From: Octopus sinensis
Taxonomy: Eukaryota
NCBI RefSeq assembly: GCF_006345805.1
Contig: NC_043001.1
Span: forward strand, 126,666,001 to 126,730,000
DNA length: 64,000 nt
Direction: 5' to 3'
Position 1 is the first letter of the stretch, and each line of letters starts with the position of its first letter. Made by a program: the position numbers and the translations under genes. Shown here in pieces: positions 25,206 through 39,546 of this stretch. Under the pieces are notes generated by a model. The model searched no databases. It was given only the letters and a program-made list of their open reading frames with translations, and had not been told where the DNA came from.

Positions 25206-28200
25206 TCAATAGTCCATTGTTTGCCTTGGCTCCTTTTATTGAATAATTTTTGAGGTCCAGCGCAGTAGCAGTAAGGAATATATTTAATCCAAACATTGAA
25301 TTCTTTTATTCTTTTGTTCTATTACTTATTTCAGCCATTTGACTGTGGCCACGCTGGAGCTTCAAGTATTTTCATCCAAAAACTGGCTGCAGTTTCAGCG
25401 ACATACTCGTACTTTTTTGTTATACTCAGGACTCTAGCCTTCCTGACAATAACTTTTAGGCTTACATAACATGAATAAAAATATACAACAGTTGAAATCA
25501 GTGATTCTTGCTATACTACACCATTTAAGATATTCATATATGTAATATAAGTACAGCAAATTAAATAGTACAATTTTATGAAAATATAATTGTATGAAAA
25601 AATACAAGAGAGTTTAAATAATCTGTGACGGAAAACAAAATTGTTCTAAAGTCCAAATTTGAAAATACATTAAAATATAATTGTTATAACATATAAAATT
25701 CCTACAATTAGCAAGGAATTTATTAACCATGAACAGTTGTTAGAAATGTATGGAACTTGTTGGTATGTTGAAAATGGTGAAGTAGTTCTTGGTTGCATGA
25801 TTGTAGAATTTACTTTGCGACCGCGTGGTTTTGGGTTCACTGTGCGCACCATGGGCAAGTGTCTTTCGCTCTTCTACAAGAAATTGGCAGTGGTGAAACT
25901 TGTAGAGGTATGGGTTTCACCAGGTCGAAACTGCCCAAGATATGTCCTATGTCACGATAGCTTTCTTACAACTTCATTAAAAAAGACTTGACTTCATTGA
26001 AAAAAGACTTGACAAAGTAAGGTATTATTCTATATGAATACATTTAATCTGTTTTACGCTCATCATTTTGTTTAACATGCTAACGATTCTACTAGCTCGT
26101 TACCTAAATAATTTTCTTTTGCCAAATCCACCAGACCAATAAAGACTGCCTATCTTGCTTGATTAAAAGAAAGTGACAGTACGATCTTCACACTGGATTT
26201 ACTGTTAGCCGAATCGGCCCTACATGTGACAGCAGGTGTTCGACATAACTCTAGAAGTCAGTAATGCTCGTGCACTGGACCAGTACGTGCAGAATGGTTT
26301 AGTTACTATGTGCTCATCTCCATATTGGCACTTCTGCGTTTGCAAAGTTTATCAAGAACCCGGCAATGTCCTACTGTAGCACTGCCAAGCAAATATTTCT
26401 CGGAATTATCCAAGGATCCTTCAGAAAGTTCCAACCAGCTAATTTGAAATGAACTTAAAATGCAAAGAGCCAGAATAAATACCGTAAGCTATTTTTTTCG
26501 ATGCTCTAACAATTCTACCGACACACCAGAGTAATAAATATTTCTAATTTAAGCACAAGGCCAGCAATTATGAAGAGCGGTGATTAGTTGATTATATCGA
26601 CTCCAAAATTTGACTTGTTCTTTATGTTATCAGCCTTGAAATTAAATACGGCAAAGTTGTAAGGACAAATTTGTAGTGAAGTATTTATCGACGAAACAGA
26701 CTCCAGCACATAACTGGCACTATTTTTTTTTTCGGAACGGAGAGATAAATTTAATAATTCCCAGTTATACGTCATCAAAATTTGTACAATTTTCATTATA
26801 TTATTGAAACAACTAATTAAAAACAGGATAAAATAGATTTAAAAAAGGAAGGAAAGCAAGTTAAGGAGAGAGCTGTCACTCACGAACGAAGATAACATAT
26901 AAGAATGTACCATGCTTTCATTTATTGCTTTAGGTACCTACTTAATCGCGTGCAGACACAAACACACTTAGGTCCAACACACTATTGAACCAGCGGAATA
27001 TCCAGAATGTGATTGATGGTGTGGGAGAGACCACTTCACCAGCTCTCAGCTGGTACTAATTTCTGCTGTGTTAACTAGAGCAACATGAAATAAACTGTTT
27101 TGCTATTGAACAAAACACGTCTCCTTGTACACTAACCAATGCAGGAATCGAAAATACGATTTTACGATTGTGAACCTAACATTCTAATCACTAACTAGGC
27201 TACGCGCCCTAACAAGTACGGTGGAGATAGAAATAAAAATAGCTGTGAAAGCGAAGGATATGTAAAGAAAATATGAATAACTCTTAAGCAGTTATTGCAT
27301 CTTATGTCAGTGGTATTGACAAGTGAGACTGGTACATGAACTTTTGACTCACCTCACTGAAATAACACATCGGTGTCATAGACGAAAGGGCAAAGAAGGT
27401 TTTTGTTGTGGCGTGGTGAAGTGCTGGCACGGTGGTTGTACTCGTTATGGCAGTTTGAAGGTGATGGTGAGGCAAGGTGCTGTCTGATTGTGATGGTGTG
27501 ATGGTGTGATGTGGTTTGATGGCGATGGTGTGGAGTGGTGTGTGCATTGCCAGCTATTGAGTGTTCTCAATTAGATGAAACAATTCTGCTAACGATGACT
27601 ACGACAGCACTGATGATGATGATGATGACAAGGAGGAGGAGGAGGAGGGGGAGGAGCGCGATGATGGTTGCTAGGACGTCGATGATGACGATGATGACGA
27701 CGATGTCGACAATATATAGACAAATATTTTTACACAACAATATAAAAAGAAAACGCACACCTTCCTTCCTTCCTTATTATTTCTGGCACTTTTCTTCAGT
27801 GTCCATTATTTTGCCTCCTCTCATTCGTCATTCTATTTATCTAGCAAGCAACAACTCATTATCCCCTACCTTGCGTTCTCTCCATCTCTTTCGCACTCTC
27901 TGTCTGTTTGTGTATCTGTGTGTCACTTTCAGTCACTCCCTCTTCATATATTTCTTTCACTCACTCTCACTCCCCGTTTATCCTTTTTTTATATATACTT
28001 TCCCCGTTATACACACACACACACACACACACATGCTGTCAGGGACCGTAATCGCCCGAAAAGCGGCGGTCGAGATATTCCCAGATTGATCGGTCATATA
28101 TGTGTTGTGTGTGTGTGTGTATTTATGTATATATATATATATATATTATATATATATATATATATATAATGTATATTCTGTATGTATATATATATAATAT

Positions 28201-28397
28201 ATATTATATATATATATATTATATATCATATATAATATATATATAGATATATATAATTAAATAATAAGGTGTAGAAATTGATATTAATCAATTAAAACCA
28301 GTGGCATAGCATATTTTTTTTTTAATCCGAAGATTCAAAATTGTGTTACATACAAAATTTTTTATGCAATTTTGCAAATTTTGTATGTAACACCATA

Positions 28398-28439
<42 letters not shown>

Positions 28440-28763
28440 GGTGTAAAGACGTAGATTATTCTTTTTAATTTGGAGGTTTCCAAGAAAGATTTCCAAAGTT
28501 GATTCGTCATATTTTGCTGGTAGTTTACAGGCGTAAATTTGCGAATATGAAAATAATACTTGTATACGATGTGTTGTGATTTAAGAAATCCCATAAACCT
28601 CATCAGTTTGGTTTAAAATGGATTAGGCAATTTGTTAAAATATATAAGATAATTTTAATTCATGCAAAGGATCATTTCGTACAAGGATGACAAAATCATG
28701 AAAATTCATGATTGAATTGAATTAGATTAAACTAATTATATATACGTGTGTGTGTGTGTGGTG

Positions 28764-28794
<31 letters not shown>

Positions 28795-28879
28795 GTGTGT
28801 GTGTGTGTGTGTGTTGTTGTGTGTGTGTGTATGTATATATATGTATACAAAGTGTTTGAAAGGGTGGTAAGATCAAGGA

Positions 28880-29770
28880 TAGGTGGCTTCTTGGGGAGCC
28901 ACAAGATTGCTGATGACTGTAAGCTCCAGAAAATTAGCAATGAAGAACAAGACCGAACTCAACTCTAGTTTCATCTACACACTGTGAGTCAATGGGCAGA
29001 CAAAAACAAAACGCAACTAAACGAGAGAAAATTAGAGCTGATGGATTTTGGTAAAAAGACTATGCTAAAACAGCCATTCTCTTCCTTCACGGGAACCTCT
29101 CACAGTATCTAATAATATCAGAGACCTAGGAGTAATTGTTGATAACACTCTCAGTTGGAGTGTCCACACCAACAATAAGGTCGATATAGCTGGTAAGAAG
29201 AGCTGAATCATAAGAACCTTCCGGGCCAGAGAATAAGGTGTCATCATTCCACTTTTCTCCTCGTTTGTACGGTCACACCTGCTGCCCCCTGTGGTCTCCC
29301 CAACAAAACATTTCGAAAATTGAATCATCCCAGAGTTCATTCACTAAAAGAATAAAGGTAATGAGTGATCTCAATTACTGAGACCGCCTTAAAGCATCGA
29401 AACACTAATCTCTCCAGCGCCGCTGTCCATGATGCATCATTTGCACTATGTGAAAATTATACCGCCAGCATTGCCCAAACGACCTCAACATTTGCTTCAA
29501 AATTCATCCAAGGCTTGGATCATGGGTCATACGTCCCCTACCCAATTCAGGATTACAACTCATTAGTACATTGCAACACCATTTCTTTTCCTCAACAGAC
29601 CCTGCCCTATTTAACACAGTCCCGAAACAGATCAAAGAGAAAAAGGATCCTGTTACCTCTAAACGGAAACTGGACAAATTTCTTCAAGGAATTCCAGATA
29701 AGCCACCTATTGCTGGATACAACTCACTCAACAAGGACCCGCTACTCGAATGGACCACGATACCACAAAA
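28880..29770 (+). mobile_element. Decayed CR1-like LINE, RT 3' portion
   Basis: KIADDCKLQKI (28906-28917 IADD), QWADKN..LNERKLELM.FGK, and 3' region homologous to 63101-63860; many stops and frameshifts. Confidence 0.8.
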
Positions 29771-30517
29771 ACACATGTATGTGTTTCTTCGAGTGTGTGT
29801 ATGTGTGCGTCTGTGGGTGCGTGTATATGTTTGTGTGTTTTTGCGTTGGTGGGGATGTTATGTGTGTGTACGTGAGTGTGTGTGTACATGAGAGTGTGTG
29901 TACATGAGTGTGTGTGTGTGTGTGTATGTGTGTGATTGTTATTTGTCAGGGTGTTGTGTGTGCGTATGTGTGTGTATGTGTTTGTTCGCGTTTGTGTATG
30001 TGTGCGTCTGTGCATGTGCGCGTGTATGTTTATACATATATACATACATATATAGACATATATATATACACACACATATGTACATATATATATATGAATA
30101 TCTGTATTTGTATATATATTTACATATATATGTATATATATATATGTAGATATGTGTGTGTTTATATATATATGTCTATATGTGTATATATATATGAATG
30201 TATATATGTATATATAGTATAGTATATATATATGTATATATATATGTATATATATTATATATAGCAATTAAGGACAACTACTTAATAAGGAAAACTTACA
30301 AGAAATTGTCAGGTAGATAGCGTGAAAACCTCATAAGAGAATAAATTACGAAATAATTATTTCTTATTGAACATATTAATTTATATATAGAGGGCATATA
30401 CATAATGCAGAGGGCTTATCATACATGCCACACGCTAAGACGGACAATTAGTCATTTCTACCAAACATATTACTAATCCCACCGAATGCAATTTTCAAGT
30501 AAGACATTTAAAAATAT

Positions 30518-30565
30518 AGACCTGTATCACAGTGATTTCATACTTACGTATTCATCAGCAGGCCT
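30518..30565 (-). ncRNA. Canonical type I hammerhead, AUA site
   Basis: AGGCCTG CTGATGA ATAC-GTAA-GTAT GAAA TCAC-T-GTGA T A CAGGTCT. Confidence 0.85.
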
Positions 30566-30982
30566 GAATGTATCATAAATAAACGACCCTGCCCCGCTTA
30601 AGCCGATCAGCTAACTGATCAACATCAACGAAGCACATGGTGAGTTACATATATTACATCCTGTAAATGGCTACTTTACGAATTGCATTTCCGGAAAGGA
30701 AAAGTTTTTCGGAATAAAATTTAGCAATTAAGGACAACTACTTAATAAGGAAAACTTAACAAGAATTGGCAGGTAGATAGCGTGAAAACCTCATAAGAGA
30801 ATAAATTTCGAAAATAATTATTTCTTATTGAACATATTAATTTATATATAGAGGGCATTATACATACATGCCAGAGGGCATTATACATACATGCCACACG
30901 CTAAGAGGGACAATTATCATTTCTAACCAAATATTACTAATCCCACCCGATGCAATTTTTCAAAGTAAACATTTAAAAATAT

Positions 30983-31029
30983 AGACCTGTATCAAAGTGA
31001 TTTCATACTTACGTATCATCAGCAGGCCT
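30983..31029 (-). ncRNA. Second tandem hammerhead copy (1-nt stem II deletion, stem III mismatch)
   Basis: AGGCCTG CTGATGA TAC-GTAA-GTAT GAAA TCACTTTGA T A CAGGTCT. Confidence 0.7.
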
Positions 31030-31069
31030 GAATGTATCATAAATAACGACCATTATTTATGATACATTC

Positions 31070-31115
31070 AGGCCTGCTGATGAATACGTAAGTATGAATC
31101 ACTGTGATACAGTCT
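31070..31115 (+). ncRNA. Third (inverted) hammerhead copy, GAAA shortened to GAA
   Basis: AGGCCTG CTGATGA ATAC-GTAA-GTAT GAA TCACTGTGA T A CAGTCT. Confidence 0.65.
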
Positions 31116-31278
31116 ATATTTTTTAAATGTCTTACTTTGAAAATTGCATTCTGTGGATTAGTAATATTTTGGTATTGAAATACTAATTGTCCCTCTTAGC
31201 GTGTGGCATGTATGTATAATGCCCTCTGGCATGTATGTTAAAGCCCTCTATATATAAATATTATATATATATATATAT

Positions 31279-31777
31279 AATATAAAACTCTAGTTGTGTG
31301 AGTGTCTGTCCCCTTCGATTTAGATTCCTAACTCCTCCCACATTTTGCGGTGCAGTTTAACCAAATTCGGGTATCTTATAGTCGTGATTCATATCGAGCC
31401 CGTCTGACTATTACGCGCGTCAACGATGAGTCTACGATTTTTTAAAAATAATTTAACATCATTTTTTATTCCATTTTAATGCATAAAATGCATCGTGTGT
31501 CGATGGCGGCGGAGTTGGCGTCCACGCTCACAGCTGCACCTGTTTGCTTCTCCCCCTTCCCTCCCTCGTGAAGCTGTGGGGAATGGAGTGTAAAGAAATC
31601 AACGTCGTAATGCGTTGTGAAGGAAACCAGCGTTCTTTTAGAACAACGACTTCATGGCTTGAAGACACCAAAACAAAAATGGCTAAGAAAGCCCGAATTT
31701 ATAAGGAAGTAACTCTCTAAAAATGCTTATATAGTTTTTCCCTTACAAACCCGAGCAACGCCGGGCGATACTGCTAG
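31279..31777 (+). mobile_element. Non-autonomous Helitron
   Basis: 3' end CCCGAGCAACGCCGGG hairpin then CGATACTG-CTAG (31774-31777); identical terminus, inverted, at 48210. Confidence 0.75.
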
Positions 31778-31931
31778 CATTATATATAAATTAGAGACAA
31801 AACCACTATTATGCAAATCAAACAAAGAAAGACTTAATCCAATACATAAATCAATTTATATAATCAATTTATATTTATATTTTTCCCTGTAAGTTGGATT
31901 TATTCCCTAATATTTATTTTATATTATATAT

Positions 31932-31963
<32 letters not shown>

Positions 31964-32576
31964 ATATATAGATATATATATATGTAGTTGTTTTATCATA
32001 CGGCAAATTGGATAACATTTACTTTTAGAGCATGTTTTGAAAGTAAAAGTTCATTGGTATTAACAATTGCTCTAATCTTTTATATCAGTAGTAAAGCAGT
32101 TCTGTATTATTTTATAGGTTTTAGCAATAACTAATTCAAACTTCTATTCAATTAAATATTCAATAGATAGTAAAATGTAGAGTTTATTAACTTACGCTTC
32201 AATAGGCATTTGAAGGTTCTGAACTCTCTACAAGGACCTAAATTATTAAAGACAGGATGTTATATCATGCTTGTATAAGCTCAATATTAACAAAAGCTTA
32301 GAGATAAAAAAACGGTTATCAATAACCATTGTCCTAATAGAGGATTTCTGTTTTATAAACGCTTGTTCAAGAGTAGGACTTGCGTATATACTTACATATA
32401 TACGGATGCAGCACACATGATAAATAACATATTTATTGATTTATATAAGTGTGTATGTGTGTATGTGTGTGTGTGTACATAATTGTACTCTACTGGTTTT
32501 GCTAGTCAAACATCTACAAAACAGCAAAAGAGACAAAAATGATAAGAACGCAAAGACACATACAAACGAATAACTA

Positions 32577-32654
<78 letters not shown>

Positions 32655-32961
32655 TGGTTATGAGAGGTAATGCTGTCAATAAGACCCAAAGGTGTCAGGT
32701 ATTGCTGAATAAATGCTATGGACATACCATTGTTAAGCTCCTGGTTCGGTGATTATACGAATAAGGAGTCCAACGTATATATATATAATACATATATATT
32801 CGCTTTCCAAGATTCCTGATGTGAATTCCTCTGTTGAAACACATATTGTAATATTTCGGGATGGTCGTTTTTGCCAAATAAACACACGAACTATATATAT
32901 ATATTTACTTATTTTTTCGCTTGTTTATTGTTGTTATTTTATTATTTTAACGGCCGTCCAT

Positions 32962-33006
32962 TTTCCGGAAATCTTTCGCCACTCATTTGTGACCTCTTCA
33001 GCGAAA
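32962..33006 (-). ncRNA. Type I hammerhead, UUC site
   Basis: TTTCG CTGAAGA G GTCAC-AAATGA-GTGGC GAAA GATT T C CGGAA. Confidence 0.75.
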
Positions 33007-33051
33007 CTTTTCGTTTCCGTATGTGTTTTTGCTCCACTTACTCCAGTGAAA

Positions 33052-33100
33052 ATTGTCGCTGAGAACGTCACACATCTGTGACGAAAGATTTCCGGACAAT
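33052..33100 (+). ncRNA. Divergent partner hammerhead with damaged core (CUGAGAA)
   Basis: ATTGTCG CTGAGAA C GTCAC-ACATCT-GTGAC GAAA GATTTC CGGACAAT. Confidence 0.6.
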
Positions 33101-33153
33101 GGACAGGCACTAAAATAATAAAATAACACCAATAAATGAGTGAAGAAAGTATT

Positions 33154-33200
<47 letters not shown>

Positions 33201-33559
33201 CGTCAGAATTCTTGTACCATGTTTTTTTTGGGGAGACTCAAGACTTTTCATTCACCCCACGTATAGCGCGTGCGTTTATTTGACAAAAAGAAATACTAAT
33301 AAATAAAATGACCATCTCGAAACGCAACAACAACACCAACACACACACGCACACACGCACACACACGCACACACACACACATATATATATAATGAAAGCT
33401 TATCAATACGGGCAAAATACATTATCAGCTCTTTGTGATTACACCAGGCTAACTATTTAGTAAAGCTCTCTGCGTATTATTGAGCCACGGTCGTCCGCGG
33501 TTATAGTTCACCACTATTCTATATTGCAAATCTATTGCTGTTTTCCAGTTATACGGATT

Positions 33560-33775
33560 TGTACACATAGATATACAAAACAAGGCATAGTTGTGTGTGC
33601 ACAGTTGGTTTTGCTAATCAGACATCTACAAAAATCACCTTTCAGTTTATCTCTACCAAATCGAGTCACAGGACTTTGGTCGGTTAGAGGCTATAAAAGA
33701 CACTTGTCCAAGGTGCCACGGAGAGGGACTGAACCAGGAATCAAGTGCTAATGAAACTTCTTACCACATAGCCAT
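33560..33775 (-). mobile_element. Degenerate SINE 5' part (GTGTGGTAAGAAG family)
   Basis: Inverted match to 39770-39925. Confidence 0.55.
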
Positions 33776-34092
33776 TATATAATATATATATATAATATAT
33801 ATATACATGTGTGTGTGTGTATGTGTTGTGCGTGCGTGGTGTGGTGTGTGTGTAAACAGAGTGGCGGTTATAGTAACCGATTAAGGGATAAATATTCGTA
33901 TCTACAATCGGTATCCGTTACCTGTATTCAAAGGGCCAGCCTTGTCACACTCTGGGTCACGATGTATTATATATAATATATATAATATATATATATATAT
34001 TATATATATTATAAATATATATTATATATACATAAGGCAACTCATATATGTGTGTGTGTGTGTGAGTGTAGCTAGCTAGATAAATAGTTAGG

Positions 34093-34173
<81 letters not shown>

Positions 34174-34373
34174 GTACATACGTAAATATGCGAAGGGATA
34201 CATATTAACAGGTTCTGGATGAGAGACCAAAATTTTGGTGCCACAATTCCTTGAAATGGCTCACTCGTACATCAGTGTCAACACGTCACAGGCATTTATT
34301 TATCTAATATATACATACATATAAATAAATACATACATAATGCATATATATACATGTGTGTGTGCGTATATAA

Positions 34374-34416
<43 letters not shown>

Positions 34417-34805
34417 ATAACACGATATATGTTACACATAATATGATTTGATTAAGCATATTATGGCAAAGTCTAAAATATCAATAGAACTGAGATGAAA
34501 AATAATAAGGAACATATGTATGTCATTAAATTAAATGTATGATTATATGTGAGTATAGAGAGAAGGATCGTATGTGACATTAAATAGATATTTAGAAACT
34601 GATGGGATATACATAAATAATTGCTTGTACGTATATACGTATGATATGGGTTTATAGTGAATGTATATGTGCTTGTGAATATTGGTATGAGAATATGGTG
34701 GGATGTAAACGTATGCATACACAGATACATATATGTGTATAAGTGTGTATTTATACATATAATATAATGTGTGTGTTGTTGTGTATATATATATATATAT
34801 TATCG

Positions 34806-34849
<44 letters not shown>

Positions 34850-35151
34850 TATAAATTATATATATATTATATATATATATAAATTATATATAATAATGTT
34901 ATATGAATGTATATGTGTAGAATGTATACCCTCTTGTACTGTCTTACATTCCTCCCCACCGCAACCAGAAACTATAAAATGATTAAAATCCCCAGCAAAG
35001 GAACTTATTTTCATTTGAAAACCCCACTAGAATGGGAGAAAGCGCTAATGAACTAAATGATATGATATATATGTAAAAAATGTAATATATAAATAAATAC
35101 CTGTAAATACAAACCATCCGATCTTCTGATTACCTCATTTCTTCTAATATG

Positions 35152-35182
<31 letters not shown>

Positions 35183-35877
35183 GTATGTAATGGAGGAAAA
35201 TTCCATTCACACGCCCACGTATAAGCTCGCATGCACACACGTACACGCACACACAGACACACACAAACACTCACACACATAGGAGCATGTGATTGTAGGA
35301 TTACATGGAGAATAAATTCACCTATCTATCTATTAGCTGCACACACAGACATACACACCTACTTACACACGCACACACACACACACATTCTAGCAGAGAT
35401 GCCCGGCGTTGCCCGTGTCACATAGAATTGAAGAATTATACTTTTCTTTTATATTTTCCCTAATACCTATGATTCGAATTTCATCAAAATTTGAGATTAA
35501 GAATTTTAATGAGGGTTCTTTTCCTCTTTACCCACCCTAACAAAAATTCTAATCATGACATATTTATCCCATAGTACTCATCTTTATGCCCAGATTCCAA
35601 AATCCAAATCTTATTAAACCTATTGAAAGGTTTTTGCTCCTGACAAATGGAGCACATGGAGCCCTAAAATGTAGGAGCTAAGGCCCCTATAGGAGGAGGT
35701 CTTAAAATCAGCCAGAGAAGTTGAATTGTTGGTAATCTTTTTAAACTTGTGTCTTATATCCATTATTCAAATTTCTTTGAAATATATGAATGTTCACTAG
35801 GTTTGTAAAAGAGAGCAAAGCTAGAGTAAACCAAAATATGAATGATCACACACACGCACACTCACTCACACACACAT

Positions 35878-35925
<48 letters not shown>

Positions 35926-36158
35926 CAATGTTTTTCAAAAAGGAAACGACTTCATTGGTAGTTCTAACCAATTTAATTTTTTGATAATATAATTTTACAG
36001 TTTTGTTTGTAGAGTAAGTCCTTTGTTAACTTCACACCCAAGGGAGAACAACTGTAAAATTATATTATTCAAAAATTAAATTGATTAGAACTACTAGTGA
36101 AATTATTCTTTTCCCTTTTTCAAATGTACCTCAATGTACCAAGGATTTCACACATTTC

Positions 36159-36198
<40 letters not shown>

Positions 36199-36320
36199 TA
36201 TATATTACATATCTATTGACTAATTTTCTTACCACTGACCGCTGGTCTTTAGGGAGAATTTTCTAGAATTTTTTGCACCCTAAAATTTATTAATATATAT
36301 ATTAATATATATATATATAT

Positions 36321-36390
36321 AATAGCACCAACAAGGTGGTGCTATTAAGTTAGACATGGCCTGGGCCAATAATGGCCGAACCTATCAAAG
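36321..36390 (+). mobile_element. Tiny CR1-like LINE 3' terminus with 10-bp 5' foldback
   Basis: GGTGGTGCTATTAAGTTAGACATGGCCTGGGCCAATA matches 63793-63830; AATAGCACCA/TGGTGCTATT hairpin; embedded in (TA)n. Confidence 0.8.
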
Positions 36391-36560
36391 TATATATATA
36401 ATATATATACATACATATACACACAACATATATAATATATGTGTGTATATATATGTGTGTATATATATATGTATATATATATATATACATATATATATAC
36501 ACACATATATATATATATGTGTGTGTGTAAATGTATGTATATATTATATATATATATATT

Positions 36561-36594
<34 letters not shown>

Positions 36595-36640
36595 AGATAT
36601 ATATACTATATATAATATATATATATATAATATATATATA

Positions 36641-37276
36641 ATAAATTAGGTGGTAGACAAAAAATTCTAGAAAAATTCTCCGCTATTAGCGGTCAAGTGA
36701 GTAAGAAAAAAAAGTCAATAGATTATGTAATATACATTCAAACATATTAGGGATGGCCATAATAGGACATCCGACTCATAGAAGAGCAGTTAAACTCCAA
36801 ACCACTAATAGTTGTAATTCTGAAATGGAAAGAGAAGTCTATTGACTATTTTTTCTTTCTCACTTGACCGTTGGTAGCGGAGAATTTTTCTAGAATTTTT
36901 TGCTACCCTAAAATTTATTAATTAATGATTTTTGGGCTAATTTTGAAATTAAATCGGCAGTTTATATTTACTGCTGAGAACACCGCGCGAGAGTGGTGGA
37001 TTTTGAAAAGTTACAGCATATAGACTCGAGGCATGGTTATTATCGCCTCGTGCCTATATGCTAGTCCTTGGCTTTCTACTGAAGAGGCAACGCTAGTCGT
37101 AAATAAATTTATTTTATTTACAAAAGATTGCCGAAACTATGCTTAGTCCAGAAAGGATAGGGTAAACGTTTTTACTTCTCTTTCCATTTCAGAATTACCA
37201 CTATTAATGGTTTGGAGTTTAACTGCTCTTTCTAGTGAGTCGGATGTCCTATTATGGCCATCCCTTATATGTTGGG

Positions 37277-37280
<4 letters not shown>
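36641..37280 (+). mobile_element. Second ~450-bp hammerhead element with permuted inverted arm
   Basis: Monomer 36838-37280(+); 36641-36837(-) reads tail then head; another head copy at ~36205-36296. Confidence 0.75.
37072..37155 (+). ncRNA. Type I hammerhead, GUC site
   Basis: CTTTCTA CTGAAGA GGCAA..GTAAATAAA/TTTATTTAC..TTGCC GAAA CTA-TGCT-TAG T C CAGAAAG; first stem I pair is A-C. Confidence 0.8.
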
Positions 37281-37311
<31 letters not shown>

Positions 37312-37383
37312 TCGTAACATATAATTGCCAATCATGTGTCGCATCCCAAACGAGTTAGTGCTACACACACACACGCACACACA

Positions 37384-37434
<51 letters not shown>

Positions 37435-37839
37435 GTATGTATTAGTATATGTGTGTGTGTATGTATGTATATATATATGTGTGTGTGTACATTATATAAG
37501 AATTACATTAGTAATTATAATAAGTTTAATCAGAAGAGATTTTTTTGCCCTTATATATATTATATATATATATCGGATTATGTACAGTTACAGAAATGCT
37601 TAAAATTTCCCAAGGAAATTATATGAAATGGAAAGAAGCAAATTAAATAAAATAATATAGAGGCCCAAACATTTAACGAAGTAAGTACTCTTAAATATAT
37701 CGAGGTAAATATTGTAAATTATATCATTTTTAGCTTTTTTTTTTCATTTCATTTCGTTTCCTTAGAAAATCTGAAGTCTTTCTATAACTATAAATAAATA
37801 ATCTAAGAAACAATTCCTTTCATTTCTTCTGACTAACCT

Positions 37840-37889
<50 letters not shown>

Positions 37890-37961
37890 ATATCTATCGG
37901 TTATGTATTATATATAATATATAATATATATATATAAATATGATACGTGTATATATATTAT

Positions 37962-37993
<32 letters not shown>

Positions 37994-38028
37994 TATATAT
38001 ATATATATATAGATAGATAGATAGATAG

Positions 38029-38070
<42 letters not shown>

Positions 38071-38098
38071 TACATAGATATATATATTATATATATAT

Positions 38099-38160
<62 letters not shown>

Positions 38161-39035
38161 TGTATGTATATATACGTATATATATATATCACTGCCTCAC
38201 TCTGTCAACCATACTATCGGATGTTGTTATACACCGTTAGTCGCAATGAGAAGAAGCTTTCAAGTGATGCCAAAAGGCTGGTCGGACGTCCAAGCCAACA
38301 TTCATTCTTAACGGAACGCTAGTTCGTCACAGACGCACCCGTTTGCAGCTGACTGGTCTGGGGTAACGTCAGACGGACTGTCTTGCCTCAAAACATAACA
38401 CACCCCGCCGGTCTAGGAATCGAAACCAGCCATTCACATGCGTATGTATAGTGCATATACCCACGAACATACATACAAGCATCCATCCATCCATCCATCC
38501 ATCCATACCTACACACACACATACACACGCCCATACACACATATATTGCACTGGCATCGGTTCTTTCATTAAACTAATCAATAAAACGCTCACATTTGTT
38601 TGTACCTAATATATGGTTCAGATCTCAGTGTAACCGATTCATTTTAATTACTACTGAATACCCCTGGGGATGTGTGGCATTATTACCACTGTCCCTGATC
38701 TTTGTCCCATCTATCTTAATATTTGTACCACACCCTTGTTTCAATTAGAAGTCCAGTGAAGGGTATTAAATTATTATTTGTGACAGTGCTTCTGAAGATA
38801 TGTACTCGCACAGAAGCGTATAATCCTTTTTACAATCATTTACCATTATAATACACTCAAGCACACACACACAAACACATACACAGAGTAGCAATACACG
38901 CATGCGCACTCGCACACCCATACGCTGATACACTCAGGAATACGTGAATAGGTGTATTTGTGTAATGACATGTGCATAGATGTATGTTTAGATGTTTGCA
39001 TGCCTGGATATTTATAAGCATGCACTTGCACACAA

Positions 39036-39115
<80 letters not shown>

Positions 39116-39476
39116 GGTTCCACACTCCACCATTTTGCTCAACACCATTTAAGAATATCCATCAAATTTCAAGATAGGAAAGCGTGCGAAAACTGATTTT
39201 GACACAGACAGACAGACAAATAGACAGACAGATAGACATACAGACAGACAAATAGACAGACAGATAGACAGACATACACACACACACACACCAATTATTT
39301 GTAGGAATCATTGGAATTCAACGTATTTTAATAATCAGATCATTTCATTCAGGACCGAGGTTAGCATATCGGTGTACATATTGTATACGACACTCACGCA
39401 TATTCCAGTGCATATACGGACATCTAACACATTTACTTGCGCATGATCAAGTCAAAAACATAGAAAGATAGGTAGG

Positions 39477-39546
<70 letters not shown>

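Larger units (their letters stand above)
30264..31259 (-). mobile_element. Tandem plus inverted ~460-bp hammerhead element (retrozyme/Penelope pLTR-like)
   Basis: Direct copies start at 30264 and 30723; inverted arm 31053-31259 mirrors 30840-31046; three HHR cores; (TA)n on both sides. Confidence 0.8.

Noticed and set aside
34211-34270. CTGGATGA..CTT-GAAA degenerate hammerhead
   Set aside because: The core has an insertion, and stems I and III do not pair
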